DNA of 64,000 nt from Candidatus Aenigmatarchaeota archaeon. Its GTDB lineage: Archaea; Aenigmatarchaeota; Aenigmatarchaeia; CG10238-14; SCSR01. A program made the translations under genes and the position numbers. Positions 48,960-59,369 of this stretch are shown here, in pieces; the stretch's first letter is position 1, and each line of letters begins with the position of its first letter. A model generated the notes under the pieces. That model was not told the origin of the DNA. It did not search any database and worked only from the letters and a program-made list of their open reading frames with translations. The DNA lies in the NCBI GenBank assembly GCA_039091335.1, contig JAWCME010000001.1, forward strand, positions 10,024 to 74,023. The letters run 5' to 3'.

Positions 48960-49707
48960 AGAAATAGAAATTTTAAAAGGGATAAAAACAATAAATGGTT
49001 TTCCGGTAATTTTAATAGAAAGGCTTGATGCCATAGCTATAGCAGATATTCATTTGGGTTATGAGCTTGCCCTGGCTGAGGAGGGAATTTTTGTTCCTCA
49101 AACTCAACTAAAAGAAATTTTAAAAGATTTGAGGGGGGTTTTTAAGAAAACAAAAGTTAAAAATTTGATAATAGTTGGAGATGTGAAGCATGAGTTTGGT
49201 GAGGCGTCTGCCCAAGAATGGAGAGAGGTAAGAGAGTTAGTAGAATTCTTAAGAAAAAAAGTTAAAAAAATAATTCTTGTTAGAGGAAACCACGATAATT
49301 ATTTATTAAATATAATTTCTAAACTTGGAATAGATCTGTATGACCCATACTACTTCTCTAACGGAATTTGTTTTATTCATGGTCACAAAAAAACAAAACT
49401 TCCTAACTTTGAAATTTTAATAATTGCACATGAACATCCAAGCCTTGTTTTGAGAAGTGGTTACGACAGAGTAAAAGTACCGTGCATACTTGCAGGAAAA
49501 ACAAAGGAAAGAAAGGATTTTATTTGCTTACCTGCTATATCTCCACTTGCTTATGGGACTGATGTAAATATAATTTCATTAGAAGAAATTCTTTCTCCAA
49601 TCTTAAGAGAAGATACGGATTTTTACAATCTAACCCCAATTGTGTTGGATAAGGAAATTGGAACTCTAAAATTTCCAAAAATCAAGGATATATTAAGCCT
49701 TAGGTAA
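48946..49707 (+). CDS. Lhr-associated metallophosphoesterase
   Basis: ADIHLGYE, GDVKH, RGNHD, HGH, HEHP. Confidence 0.9.
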   Translation: MKLIKEIEILKGIKTINGFPVILIERLDAIAIADIHLGYELALAEEGIFVPQTQLKEILKDLRGVFKKTKVKNLIIVGDVKHEFGEASAQEWREVRELVEFLRKKVKKIILVRGNHDNYLLNIISKLGIDLYDPYYFSNGICFIHGHKKTKLPNFEILIIAHEHPSLVLRSGYDRVKVPCILAGKTKERKDFICLPAISPLAYGTDVNIISLEEILSPILREDTDFYNLTPIVLDKEIGTLKFPKIKDILSLR

Positions 49708-49740
49708 AAAGCTCAAAAATATATTATACAAATTCTTATT

Positions 49741-50205
49741 ATGGAAGATATAAAATACAAAACATCTAGAGTATCTTATATTCCAAATTACGTCCTTACT
49801 ATTCTACTTATAACCTTTATTTCTCTAATTTACTTGAATTTTGGTGGCGGAACTTTTTTTGTTTTGTTACTGTGCCCATCCTTTTTTATAATTTTTTTCT
49901 TAGTATTTGAAGCGGAGTTCGAGAAAATTTTTAGGGAATATAGAATAACAGAAGACGGAATAACAAAAATAGAGGGAGTATTATCAAAAAAAAGTACTAC
50001 AATTCCTTACTTGAATGTATCAGACGTAAGGCTTTACAAAAGCGTTTTGGGAAGAATGTTCAAATATGGAGATGTTGAAATAAAAGGCTATAATGAAGAG
50101 ATAAAAATGAGGGGAATCAGAAATCCTGAATGGTTGTATGAAAGAATAAAAGAGAAGATATCATCAGCAACAGGGCGTTTGAAAGAAGGAAGAGAGAAAT
50201 CTTAA
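49741..50205 (+). CDS. membrane protein with bacterial PH domain
   Basis: 2 TM then YRITEDGI..GVLSK..GRMFKYGDVEI..GIRNP. Confidence 0.8.
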   Translation: MEDIKYKTSRVSYIPNYVLTILLITFISLIYLNFGGGTFFVLLLCPSFFIIFFLVFEAEFEKIFREYRITEDGITKIEGVLSKKSTTIPYLNVSDVRLYKSVLGRMFKYGDVEIKGYNEEIKMRGIRNPEWLYERIKEKISSATGRLKEGREKS

Positions 50206-50231
50206 TCTTTCAATATAGTTTAATAAGAGTT

Positions 50232-51533
50232 GTGATAATTTTGATTAACGAAAAAACGTTCTTTATAAAAACATATGGATGTACAAGCAACAAATCAGAT
50301 TCAGAAATAATGATCGCCCTACTCGAAAAAAACGGTTATAGAAGAACAAAACTGAATGAAGCAAGATACTTAATTTTAAACACATGTGGTGTAAAACAAC
50401 AAACGGAAGAAAAAATAATCTCGGCTCTTAAAAAATTTTCAAGCTTAAATTCAAGAATAATTATAGCAGGATGTCTTCCGAGAATAAACATAGAAAGAAT
50501 AAAAAAAGTTATTCCTTCTTTTTCTGCTATTATAGACACACGCTCTATTCATAGGATAGTTGAGGTAATTAAAAAAATTGAAGAAGGAAAAAATAATTTA
50601 ATATTTTTTTCAGATGAACCACCTATTAAACCAAGCATGCCAAAATCACTTACAAACCCAATTATAGGAATAATTCAAATATCCGAAGGATGTAATTTGG
50701 GTTGTAGTTATTGTTGCACAAGATTTGGAAGAGGAAGATTATATTGTTATCCAAAAGATGAAATTATAAAGGAAGCAAAACGTTTGTTAAGCATGGGATG
50801 TAAAGAGATTTACCTTACTTCTCAAGATACAGGAGCCTATAAATACGAAGATTTTACTCTTGTAGAATTAATAAATGAGATTTCAAAAATTGAAGGAAAA
50901 TTTTTTGTTAGAGTTGGAATGATGAATCCTGTACACGCAAAAAGAATTTTAGATGAGTTAGTATCTTCTTATCAAAATAAAAAAATTTTCAAGTTTTTAC
51001 ATTTGCCTTTAGAAAGTGGGTCAGATAATATTCTTTTAAAAATGAAGAGGGGGTATAAAGCAAATGATTTTATTAGTATAGTAGAAAGATTTAGAGAAAA
51101 AATTCCAGAGATTACAATTAGCACAGATGTAATAGTTGGTTTTCCGGGGGAAACTGAAGATGATTTTAGCTCTACTATCAAAATTCTGGAAAAAATCATG
51201 CCGGATATAGTTAATATTTCTAAATTTGGGCCAAGACCGGGAACAGAAGCTTCAAGAATGAAACAATTAGAAAGAAAAACCATAAATAAAAGAAGTTCAC
51301 TCTTATCGGAAATTGTCAGAAAAATTTGTCTTGAAAAAAATGAGAAGTGGATAGGGTGGGAAGGTAATATAATAGTAGACGAAAAGGGAAAAAATCAAAG
51401 CTGGATAGGAAGAAACTTTGCGTATAAGCAAGTTGTTATTAATTGTAATAAAAATATATTTGGTAAGTTTGTAGATGTCAAAATAATAGGAGCTGCCCCA
51501 ACTCATTTGATTGGAGAAATTGTAAAAATCTAA
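50232..51533 (+). CDS. mtaB: tRNA methylthiotransferase (archaeal MtaB/CDKAL1 type)
   Basis: TYGC..N..DSE, NTCGVK, AGC, CNLGCSYC, RVGMMNP, DVIVGFPGET, TRAM C-terminus. Confidence 0.9.
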   Translation: MIILINEKTFFIKTYGCTSNKSDSEIMIALLEKNGYRRTKLNEARYLILNTCGVKQQTEEKIISALKKFSSLNSRIIIAGCLPRINIERIKKVIPSFSAIIDTRSIHRIVEVIKKIEEGKNNLIFFSDEPPIKPSMPKSLTNPIIGIIQISEGCNLGCSYCCTRFGRGRLYCYPKDEIIKEAKRLLSMGCKEIYLTSQDTGAYKYEDFTLVELINEISKIEGKFFVRVGMMNPVHAKRILDELVSSYQNKKIFKFLHLPLESGSDNILLKMKRGYKANDFISIVERFREKIPEITISTDVIVGFPGETEDDFSSTIKILEKIMPDIVNISKFGPRPGTEASRMKQLERKTINKRSSLLSEIVRKICLEKNEKWIGWEGNIIVDEKGKNQSWIGRNFAYKQVVINCNKNIFGKFVDVKIIGAAPTHLIGEIVKI

Positions 51534-53017
51534 GCTTTTCTTGAAAAAAATTCTTCGACTTCTTTTTTAACCATCTTATTAACTAGCTCGCCATCAATTC
51601 TTCCCCTTGCCTCTTTCATCACAAGGCCCATCAATAGGTTTGCTGCCTGCCTAGCGTCTACTAGCCTTTCTTTGTTCTCCTTAATTTTCTCTTTTACAAT
51701 TTTTGATAATTCTGATTCGGAAATAGGTGAAAGGTTTAACTCTTCAATAAGCTCTAACAAACTTTTTTCTCTCTCTAATGCCATCTTTTCTAAAACAATA
51801 GAAATTCCCTCCTTTGCCATTTTTTTATCTTTAATTTTTTTAAACATATCAATGAACTCCTTATCTTCTATGTTTTCTACAGGAATGTTTCTCCTTTTAA
51901 GTTCTTTTAAAATGTTTGTAAAGGTGTTGGCTACAACTGTCGGTGAAATCTTTAATTTTTTCACTATTTCTTCGAACAAATGAAAATATTTTGACCTTAC
52001 AATTTGATTTGCAAGTTCATCAGAAAGTTTTAATTCTTTTTTTAATCTATATATCTTTTTATCCCAAGTTTCAGGTAACTTTTTCTTTATTTTCAAAATC
52101 ATTTCTTTTTTAATTGGTATTGGCAACAAATCTGTCTCAACATACATTCTAGCAGCTCCTGGCAATGGTCTTGTATAGCGAGTTGTTCCGTCTGGGTTTG
52201 CAGACCTTGTTTCTTCTTTAACATTCTCAAGGGAAAGTTGTCTTTGTATTTCCAACTCAATAACTTTTGCTATTAGACCAAGCTCCTGTATTCCCTTAAT
52301 CTCAACCCTTGGTCCGTTTCTTATACTAACATTAACATCTTGTCTTATACTTCCTATTTCAGTTTTAACTTTTCCTGTTGAATAGCATATAGCTCCAATT
52401 AATTTCGCTATATCTTCAATTTCCTCTGGTGTAAAATCACTTAAAATACCAGTAGCAATTTCAACCAAAGGTATCCCTAGCCTGTTTAACTTATAAGTAA
52501 CTTTTTTCTCCTCTTCAGAAAATATTCCAGCAGAATCTTCTTCTAAGCTAATATGCTTTATCTCAACTTTTTTACCCTTATAGTTTATGAAACCATTAAT
52601 TCCAATAATTGCTGTTCTTTGAAACCCGCATATGGCTGAGCCATCTATCAGCGTTTTTCTCATAACATGAATTTCATCTGGTATTTTGCAATTCATTAGC
52701 AAAGCTATATTCAATGCAATCTCAAGTGCCTCTTGATTTAAATCGTGTGGTGGTTCTTCATCTGTACAAACCAAACAAACCTCATTTGGAAAAACTTGAT
52801 AGTAAAAAACCCTATCTCTCGTAAATTCATATTGTGCTGCCACGTCAATTTCTCCGAGTTCACTTGCAACTGGATGTTGCTTTCTTTCTATTAGCATTAT
52901 TGGATTTTTCTCTTTCATTGTTGCAAGACAATTACAAAAAAGTTTGTTTTTTGTATTTAGTTGAACATGAATCTCTAAACCACATTTCAAATTCAGTTTT
53001 TTATAATCTACTTCCAT
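51530..53017 (-). CDS. gatE: Glu-tRNA(Gln) amidotransferase subunit E (short form)
   Basis: GLEIHVQL, DEEPPH, MRKTLIDGS, LEEDSA, IRQDVNVSI, RPLPGAARMY. Confidence 0.95.
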   Translation of the reverse strand: MEVDYKKLNLKCGLEIHVQLNTKNKLFCNCLATMKEKNPIMLIERKQHPVASELGEIDVAAQYEFTRDRVFYYQVFPNEVCLVCTDEEPPHDLNQEALEIALNIALLMNCKIPDEIHVMRKTLIDGSAICGFQRTAIIGINGFINYKGKKVEIKHISLEEDSAGIFSEEEKKVTYKLNRLGIPLVEIATGILSDFTPEEIEDIAKLIGAICYSTGKVKTEIGSIRQDVNVSIRNGPRVEIKGIQELGLIAKVIELEIQRQLSLENVKEETRSANPDGTTRYTRPLPGAARMYVETDLLPIPIKKEMILKIKKKLPETWDKKIYRLKKELKLSDELANQIVRSKYFHLFEEIVKKLKISPTVVANTFTNILKELKRRNIPVENIEDKEFIDMFKKIKDKKMAKEGISIVLEKMALEREKSLLELIEELNLSPISESELSKIVKEKIKENKERLVDARQAANLLMGLVMKEARGRIDGELVNKMVKKEVEEFFSRKA

Positions 53018-53029
53018 ATTTATCACAAA

Positions 53030-54379
53030 CTAAATAAGAAATGCCTCTACTATACTTCTATTTGAAATCTCTCCAGCAATATTTTCAAGCATCATCTTTC
53101 TTATTTTTTCCATATTTTTAGTTTTCCCCAATACCCACATCAATTTGCATAATGCGGCCTCTGGTGTCCAGTCACAGTTATGGCCAATAACACCAATTTT
53201 TTTCAGTAGTCGTCCTGCTGTATATACATTAAGATTAATTCTTCCGTAGATTGTTTGTGGTGCGATAACAACAGGAATCCCAGAATCTATCAGTCTTTTA
53301 AGGCTAGGAACTAAACTTTTACATAATTTATTGTTTGTTGGATTTGTTGAAACATGCCCAAGACCAGTACCAGCAATTACCACTCCGTCATAGAATTTTG
53401 CTAGATTTTCTATAAATTCTGGTTTAATTCCCGGGTGGCTATAGATTAGTGCAACATTTGGGTTTATTCTATCGTCAAGCTTAACTTCTCTGCTCCCCCT
53501 TTTTTTAAAATCATTCCTTAAATATTCTATTCTTCTTTCTAGGTACCAGACTTTTGCAAATGGTAAAACATTTATACTTCTAAAAGTATCCCTTCTTGAA
53601 GTATGCATTTTTCTCACTTTTGTTCCTTGATGCACATAACAAAAATCGTCTGAGCTAGTACCATGCATACAAACACTTACTTCTGCTATATCGCTTTTAG
53701 CAGCCGTTATTACTGCTGATAGTAAATTCATTGCATTGTCACTCGAACCCCTATCACTACTACGCTGAGACCCAACAAAAACCACTGGGATAGGCAAATT
53801 TTGAACCATAAAACTTATAGCAGCAGAGGTATAGTGCATCGTATCCGTGCCATGCATCAAAACTATGCCATCAACTTTTTTCTTAATTTCTTTTACAACT
53901 TCCCTAGCAATTATTTTCCAGTGGTATGGAGTAATGTCTTCTGAAAACAGTTCAAAAATTTTCCTTCCATTTATATTTGCTATCTCTTTTAAATCAGGAA
54001 AAGATAGTAGAAAGTCTGCTGGAGAAAATGCAGGAAATACTGCTCCTGTTCTATATTCCACTCTACTTGCTAATGTACCACCCGTACCCAAGATTGAAAC
54101 TTCTGGTTTTTCTGGTATTTTTTCTATCTCAAGTTTAGCTGACTTAAATTCTATTGGGCTACCTTTTTTAATCAACTCTATTTTAACATCCTTACTAAAC
54201 CTTATTCCAATGTTATATCCGTTGTCTAGCTTTATTACAATTGAATTAACATCACCAAACTCTATTCTTGGCATCAATATTCCATCATACCTGCTTTTTC
54301 CTTTACTAACACGTACAAAATCTCCAACTTCAATGCCATTTTTTTTAAGGTACTTTTGAATTTTTTCAGGATATGTTAT
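53030..54379 (-). CDS. gatD: Glu-tRNA(Gln) amidotransferase subunit D; probable ATA start
   Basis: GTGGTLASRVEYRTGAV, HGTDTM, SQRSSDRGSSD; the frame extends upstream of the track ORF through IEVGDFVRV..YDGILMPR. Confidence 0.92.
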   Translation of the reverse strand: MTYPEKIQKYLKKNGIEVGDFVRVSKGKSRYDGILMPRIEFGDVNSIVIKLDNGYNIGIRFSKDVKIELIKKGSPIEFKSAKLEIEKIPEKPEVSILGTGGTLASRVEYRTGAVFPAFSPADFLLSFPDLKEIANINGRKIFELFSEDITPYHWKIIAREVVKEIKKKVDGIVLMHGTDTMHYTSAAISFMVQNLPIPVVFVGSQRSSDRGSSDNAMNLLSAVITAAKSDIAEVSVCMHGTSSDDFCYVHQGTKVRKMHTSRRDTFRSINVLPFAKVWYLERRIEYLRNDFKKRGSREVKLDDRINPNVALIYSHPGIKPEFIENLAKFYDGVVIAGTGLGHVSTNPTNNKLCKSLVPSLKRLIDSGIPVVIAPQTIYGRINLNVYTAGRLLKKIGVIGHNCDWTPEAALCKLMWVLGKTKNMEKIRKMMLENIAGEISNRSIVEAFLI

Positions 54380-54513
54380 AATATCACCCTAATATTTTGT
54401 TTGATTTTTTATAAAACAAATTAAATGCTCTAACAAAACCATCAAATAGGAGGATTGTTTTTCTCGCCTCCTCCATTAAATTTCATACTGAATATTTGGT
54501 TTCTAATTTTTAT

Positions 54514-55662
54514 TTATTTTGCAAACATTATCTCAATTACATCGTTGTTTTTCAACTCATAGTCAGCTGCTAGTCTTTTTTTTGTCCTTGCGTCTATACC
54601 ACAAATAAACTTTTCTCCTATTTCTGTATGGATCATATAAGCAAAATCCCTTATTTTTGTTTTATTCGGAACAAGGAAAGCGTCTGGAAGTATTCTGCCT
54701 TCGTTGTCGGTAAGACTTTTAGAATCGGCAACAGGAAAAACAACAATGTAGTTTAAAAATTCAAAAACTGCCTTATTTAAGCACTCTTGAACTCCGGTTG
54801 AACCATACTTATCTATTATCTCTTTTTTAATGAACTCTAATGCATTTTTTTGGTTCTCTTCCAATTCTACTAAAATTTTAAAACCGTTTCCAGGGAAATA
54901 ATCTATAAGTCCTTTTTCAGCGGCCTTCTTTAAGGCAATTTCAGCTTCTGCACTCGTTGGAATTGCATTGTATTTCTCCCTTAATTTTTCAAAATTTTCT
55001 TGTGCCCTCTTTAAATCAATCTTGTTTGCAGCTATCAAAATTGGTTTAGATATTTTTCTCAAAACACTTGCAAATTTTTTTATGTCGTTTAGTGATGTCT
55101 TTTCCAGTGCTGCTTCTATTTGATCCTTTCTAACTTCTAAACCGCTTAGTTGTCTTGTTAACAACTGAACTAAATTTGTTTTACTTTCTAATCCCACTTT
55201 CTCAATTTTTTTCATAGCTCTTTCTATTATATCAGCAAACCAGAAATCTATTTCCTTCTCTAGAAATTTTATTTCCTCTTCTGGATCATAGTTTGTGGTG
55301 GGTCTTCCCTCAGCATCCGTTAGTCCAGAGCAATCAACAATTTGAATCAATACAGAGGCTTGTCTCAAATCGTCTAAAAATTTGTTTCCAATTCCTTTTC
55401 CTAAATGGGATCCTGGTATAAGACCACCAACATCTATAAGCTTGACAGGAATGAACCTTTTTCCGTCTTTACAAATTCCGCTTCTTGGATTACATTTAAC
55501 TCCAAACTCCTTACATACGCATTCTACTATAACATAAGCTATACCAACATTTGGCTCTATCGTACAAAACGGTATTCCTGTTATTTTTACGTCTCTTAGT
55601 GTAGAAGCCTTAAAAAAACTGGATTTTCCTGAAGAGGGTTTGCCTATCAACCCTATTATCAT
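54514..55662 (-). CDS. ychF: YchF/Obg-family ATPase with TGS domain
   Basis: GKPSSGKSS, PFCTIEPN, DVGGLIPGSHLGKGIGNKFLDD, ANKID, ILPDAFL. Confidence 0.92.
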   Translation of the reverse strand: MIIGLIGKPSSGKSSFFKASTLRDVKITGIPFCTIEPNVGIAYVIVECVCKEFGVKCNPRSGICKDGKRFIPVKLIDVGGLIPGSHLGKGIGNKFLDDLRQASVLIQIVDCSGLTDAEGRPTTNYDPEEEIKFLEKEIDFWFADIIERAMKKIEKVGLESKTNLVQLLTRQLSGLEVRKDQIEAALEKTSLNDIKKFASVLRKISKPILIAANKIDLKRAQENFEKLREKYNAIPTSAEAEIALKKAAEKGLIDYFPGNGFKILVELEENQKNALEFIKKEIIDKYGSTGVQECLNKAVFEFLNYIVVFPVADSKSLTDNEGRILPDAFLVPNKTKIRDFAYMIHTEIGEKFICGIDARTKKRLAADYELKNNDVIEIMFAK

Positions 55663-55711
55663 ATTTAACTCCCTGTTAAACACTTATATATCAAAATTTA
55701 AAAAATAAATA

Positions 55712-56521
55712 ATGGGGATTGTTGAAATCATAACAAAGAGTTTGAAGGAAACAATAAAATTAAAAAGATTCCTTCCATTTTTTCTTCTATATTTACTTTT
55801 TTCACTCTGTTGCATAATTTTTCTTTTACCAACCCTACAAATCATGCCATCTGTTTTATCTTTTCGTCAACCAACCATATCAGCTGGTATTGTGATAGTA
55901 AACTTATCTGCCACCTTCATAATCTTCATCATAGTAATCCTTACAAACCTGTGGTTTACTGGAGCATTAATATTCGACATACAAACAAACACGGGTTTTG
56001 ATTTGGGACTTAAACATTCTCAAAAATTATACATCCGAATTTTGGGGATAAGCTTTCTTGTTTTTGTTTTAAACCTTTTATCAACTGTACTTGAAAGAAT
56101 AAGCTTTGTAATCAGAATTCTTATTGATTGGGTTTTTATGTTCTCCATTCCAGCGATAATAATAAAGAAGGATAGTTTTGAAAATGCAATTCTAAGAAGT
56201 TATAAAATTGTTAGAAAAAACATAATAAAAACATTTGTTTTTTATATTTTGGTAGTGCTGATTTCTTCCCTTATTTTAATCACTGGCATATTTTTCTCAG
56301 CTCTGATAATCTTTCCTTTGGTTTCAAAAATAATCAAAACAATTTCTTTTTTTGAGATAAACAGGGCTCAGTTAGCACAAATAGCATCTCTTTTAATCGA
56401 CAATTATATAAGTCTTATACTTGCTTCAGTAATCTTGTCCTTTTTCTTTTCAATATCTCATGTTTTTAACTATACATCAAAAACCAAATTCTTCCTCAAA
56501 TATCTAAGAAAAAGGATTTAA
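55712..56521 (+). CDS. multi-pass membrane protein
   Basis: About 6 hydrophobic segments. Confidence 0.75.
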   Translation: MGIVEIITKSLKETIKLKRFLPFFLLYLLFSLCCIIFLLPTLQIMPSVLSFRQPTISAGIVIVNLSATFIIFIIVILTNLWFTGALIFDIQTNTGFDLGLKHSQKLYIRILGISFLVFVLNLLSTVLERISFVIRILIDWVFMFSIPAIIIKKDSFENAILRSYKIVRKNIIKTFVFYILVVLISSLILITGIFFSALIIFPLVSKIIKTISFFEINRAQLAQIASLLIDNYISLILASVILSFFFSISHVFNYTSKTKFFLKYLRKRI

Positions 56522-56551
56522 AAACAAATAGTTTTATGAGAAATCATTAAT

Positions 56552-58321
56552 ATGGCAAAAAGGATAGCAGTTATAGATAGGGAATTATGCAAACCAAAAA
56601 AATGTCAGCTTGTATGTAGAAAGGTTTGTCCTAAGGTAAGGGCAGGAGAAGATTGCATATATTTTAATGAAGATAAAAATTTGGTTTTCATAGACGAGGG
56701 AATTTGTATAGGTTGTGGTTTGTGCGTTCGCGCCTGCGAAAGATCAGGATTTAAAGCTATAACAATAGTTAATTTACCTGAGCAGCTTAGAGAAAAACCT
56801 GTTCATAGATTCGGGATAAATGGTTTTGTTCTGTATAGGCTACCATTTCCAATTATAGATAAAATTGTGGGGATAATTGGGGCGAACGGAACTGGGAAAA
56901 CAACCGCATTGAGAATACTTTCCGGAGAAATTGAACCAAACTTAGGAGAGGCCAAAGCAGATTTTTCAGAAGTATTTTCAATGTTCAGAGGAACTGAATT
57001 GCAGTCGTATCTAGAAAGGATAAGAGATAAAGAGATAAAAATTTCATATAAACCGCAAAGGGTTGACCTAATTCCAAAATTCTACGATGAAAAAATATCA
57101 AAGCTATTGGAAAGAGCAGATGAAAGAAAAATTTTAAATGAGTTGATAGAAATTTTTAATTTTAAATCAGTGCTTGACAAAAAAACTTCAGAAGTTTCTG
57201 GTGGGGAGTTGCAAAGGGTTGCTATTGCTTCCTGTCTAGCAAAGGATGCAGACTTTTATTATATAGATGAACCAACAAGTTTTCTAGACGTATTTCAAAG
57301 GCTTATTATAGCAAAAACAATAAGAGAATATTGTAAAGGAAAGGCAGTAATGGTAGTGGATCATGATTTAGCTGCTCTTGATTTTTTAGCTGATAGGATT
57401 CATATTTTTTATGGTATGCCAGGAGTTTACGGGGTGGTTTCAAAACCATATTCTGTCCGTGTTGGAATAAATACCTTTCTTGATGGTTACATAAAAGAAG
57501 ATAATGTGAGGATAAGAAGCGAACCCATAACTTTCTTTATGGGCTTAAGAGAGAAGGGGACTTCTTCTGAAATTTTAGTATCTTTCAAAAATTTGAAAAA
57601 AAGGTTTGAAGGTTTTGAGCTAGAAGTTAAAGAAGGAGAAATAAGGAAAAAAGAGGTTTTAGCTGTTTTGGGGGCAAATGCTCTTGGAAAAACAACTTTT
57701 GCTAGGATTTTAGCTGGAGAAATAAGAGCAGATGAGGCAGAAATAAAAGACAAGATAAAAATTTCATATAAACCACAATACATTCAAACAGGATTTAAAG
57801 GAAATGTTAAAGAGCTATTGTCTTCCGTAGAAAAAATTACAGAGGAATACAAAAGAGAAATAATTAGACCATTAGGTCTTGAAAAAATTCTGGAAAAAAA
57901 TGTTCAAGAGTTGTCTGGTGGGGAGTTGCAAAGGGTTGCTATTGCTTTATGTTTATCTCAACAAGCTGATTTGTATTTGTTGGATGAGCCAAGTGCCTTT
58001 AACGATGTAGAACAAAGAATTAGTTTAGCGAAGCTAATAAACAAAATTGTTGATATAAAAGAGAAGAGCGCTTTAGTTATAGACCATGATTTATTATTTT
58101 TATCTCAAGTTGGAAATAGAGCAATGGTCTTTCTTGGAAAAAGTGGAGAAAGGGGATTTGTTGATGGGGTTACTTCTGTTAAAAACGCATTTAACAAATT
58201 TCTTTCTACTGTCGGAATAACTTTTCGTCGAGACCCACAAACCGGAAGGCCAAGAGCAAACAAACTCGATTCTAAACTTGACAGAGAGCAGAAGGAAAGT
58301 GGAGATTATTTTTACTGTTAG
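56552..58321 (+). CDS. rli: ribosome recycling ATPase ABCE1/RLI
   Basis: N-terminal Fe-S cysteines, GANGTGKT, two SGGELQR, TFRRDPQTGRPRANK. Confidence 0.97.
   Translation: MAKRIAVIDRELCKPKKCQLVCRKVCPKVRAGEDCIYFNEDKNLVFIDEGICIGCGLCVRACERSGFKAITIVNLPEQLREKPVHRFGINGFVLYRLPFPIIDKIVGIIGANGTGKTTALRILSGEIEPNLGEAKADFSEVFSMFRGTELQSYLERIRDKEIKISYKPQRVDLIPKFYDEKISKLLERADERKILNELIEIFNFKSVLDKKTSEVSGGELQRVAIASCLAKDADFYYIDEPTSFLDVFQRLIIAKTIREYCKGKAVMVVDHDLAALDFLADRIHIFYGMPGVYGVVSKPYSVRVGINTFLDGYIKEDNVRIRSEPITFFMGLREKGTSSEILVSFKNLKKRFEGFELEVKEGEIRKKEVLAVLGANALGKTTFARILAGEIRADEAEIKDKIKISYKPQYIQTGFKGNVKELLSSVEKITEEYKREIIRPLGLEKILEKNVQELSGGELQRVAIALCLSQQADLYLLDEPSAFNDVEQRISLAKLINKIVDIKEKSALVIDHDLLFLSQVGNRAMVFLGKSGERGFVDGVTSVKNAFNKFLSTVGITFRRDPQTGRPRANKLDSKLDREQKESGDYFYC
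57197..57947 (+). repeat. exact 34-nt direct repeat inside ABCE1 (57197-57230 and 57914-57947)
   Basis: tctggtggggagttgcaaagggttgctattgctt occurs in both ABC signature regions. Confidence 0.9.
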
Positions 58322-58322
58322 A

Positions 58323-59333
58323 CTATCTACCTCTTTGCAGTCCGAAATCTATTGTTTTATATAACAATTCGCTGTATTTAGTTTGTGGTATATATTTATT
58401 CAATTCTTCTAAACCACGAGCAATAAATTTTTTGGCCACTTCTTCTGAATCAGAAATCGCATTATATTTTTCAAGTAATTTTATGAGTTCAATCCTTTCA
58501 TCCAATGAAAGTGGTTTCCCTATTTTTCTATAAAAAATTTCTTTATCTTTTTCATTGGCTCTACTATTAAACAAAGCTATGACATAAGTTGGTTTGCCTT
58601 CAACTAAATCATCTCCAAACTCTTTACCGTATTCTTTAGTTGGAAAAAGGTTTAAAATATCATCTTTGATTTGGAAGGCTGGGCTTAAAAAATCTCTACC
58701 AATCAAATATAGATTATCAGCCATGTTATCAAAACCTGCTATTATCGCAGCTCCCGCCATAGGCATAGCTATGGTATAGCTTCCTGTTTTTGCTTGGTAA
58801 ATAAATATTTGTATATCTGTTGTTAAGTCTGGGTTTTTTCTATATTTAATATCAAGCGTTTGTCCTATAGCAGTCTCATATAAAGCTTTACCAATAATTT
58901 TTGCCAATTTGTCTGCATTAGTATAAAAAGCTAACAATTTGTAAGGCATAGCTAATGTATTTATTAGTCCTGTATTGATGGCTTGTTCAACTCCAATCTT
59001 GACCCAAGTTGTTTCTTTACCTCTCCTTAAATATGACTTATCTTGTACGTCATCTATATCAAGAAGGCCGCTATGAATAAGTTCCATAAGACACATGTAA
59101 TATTTAATTTTTTCATAGGAATCATCATGAGTTAATGCTTTATAAGTTGCATATGCTAAAAGTGGGCGATATCTTTTTCCTCCTTCTATAAATCGTTCTT
59201 TAGCGAATTTAACCGTCTCTATTTTTTCAACATCGGGTTGTGGAAAAAGATTCACTTCTTTCTCCACGCTTCTAACTACATCATCAATTTCCAAAATATA
59301 AGATTCTAAGTCATTCATACTCATAATTACCAT
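58323..59333 (-). CDS. polyprenyl diphosphate (GGPP-type) synthase
   Basis: GGKRYRP, DDVQD..RRG, GQTLD, KTG, FQIKDD, DDLVEGK. Confidence 0.9.
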   Translation of the reverse strand: MVIMSMNDLESYILEIDDVVRSVEKEVNLFPQPDVEKIETVKFAKERFIEGGKRYRPLLAYATYKALTHDDSYEKIKYYMCLMELIHSGLLDIDDVQDKSYLRRGKETTWVKIGVEQAINTGLINTLAMPYKLLAFYTNADKLAKIIGKALYETAIGQTLDIKYRKNPDLTTDIQIFIYQAKTGSYTIAMPMAGAAIIAGFDNMADNLYLIGRDFLSPAFQIKDDILNLFPTKEYGKEFGDDLVEGKPTYVIALFNSRANEKDKEIFYRKIGKPLSLDERIELIKLLEKYNAISDSEEVAKKFIARGLEELNKYIPQTKYSELLYKTIDFGLQRGR

Positions 59334-59369
59334 TAAAAAAATAAAATTTATTTATTTAATGTTTTTGGT

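Noticed and set aside
56728..56760. ACERSGFKAI insertion in the ABCE1 Fe-S domain with a CCTG/CAGG helix
   Set aside because: The predicted 12-nt excision does not restore the usual CPF motif, and the ORF is intact
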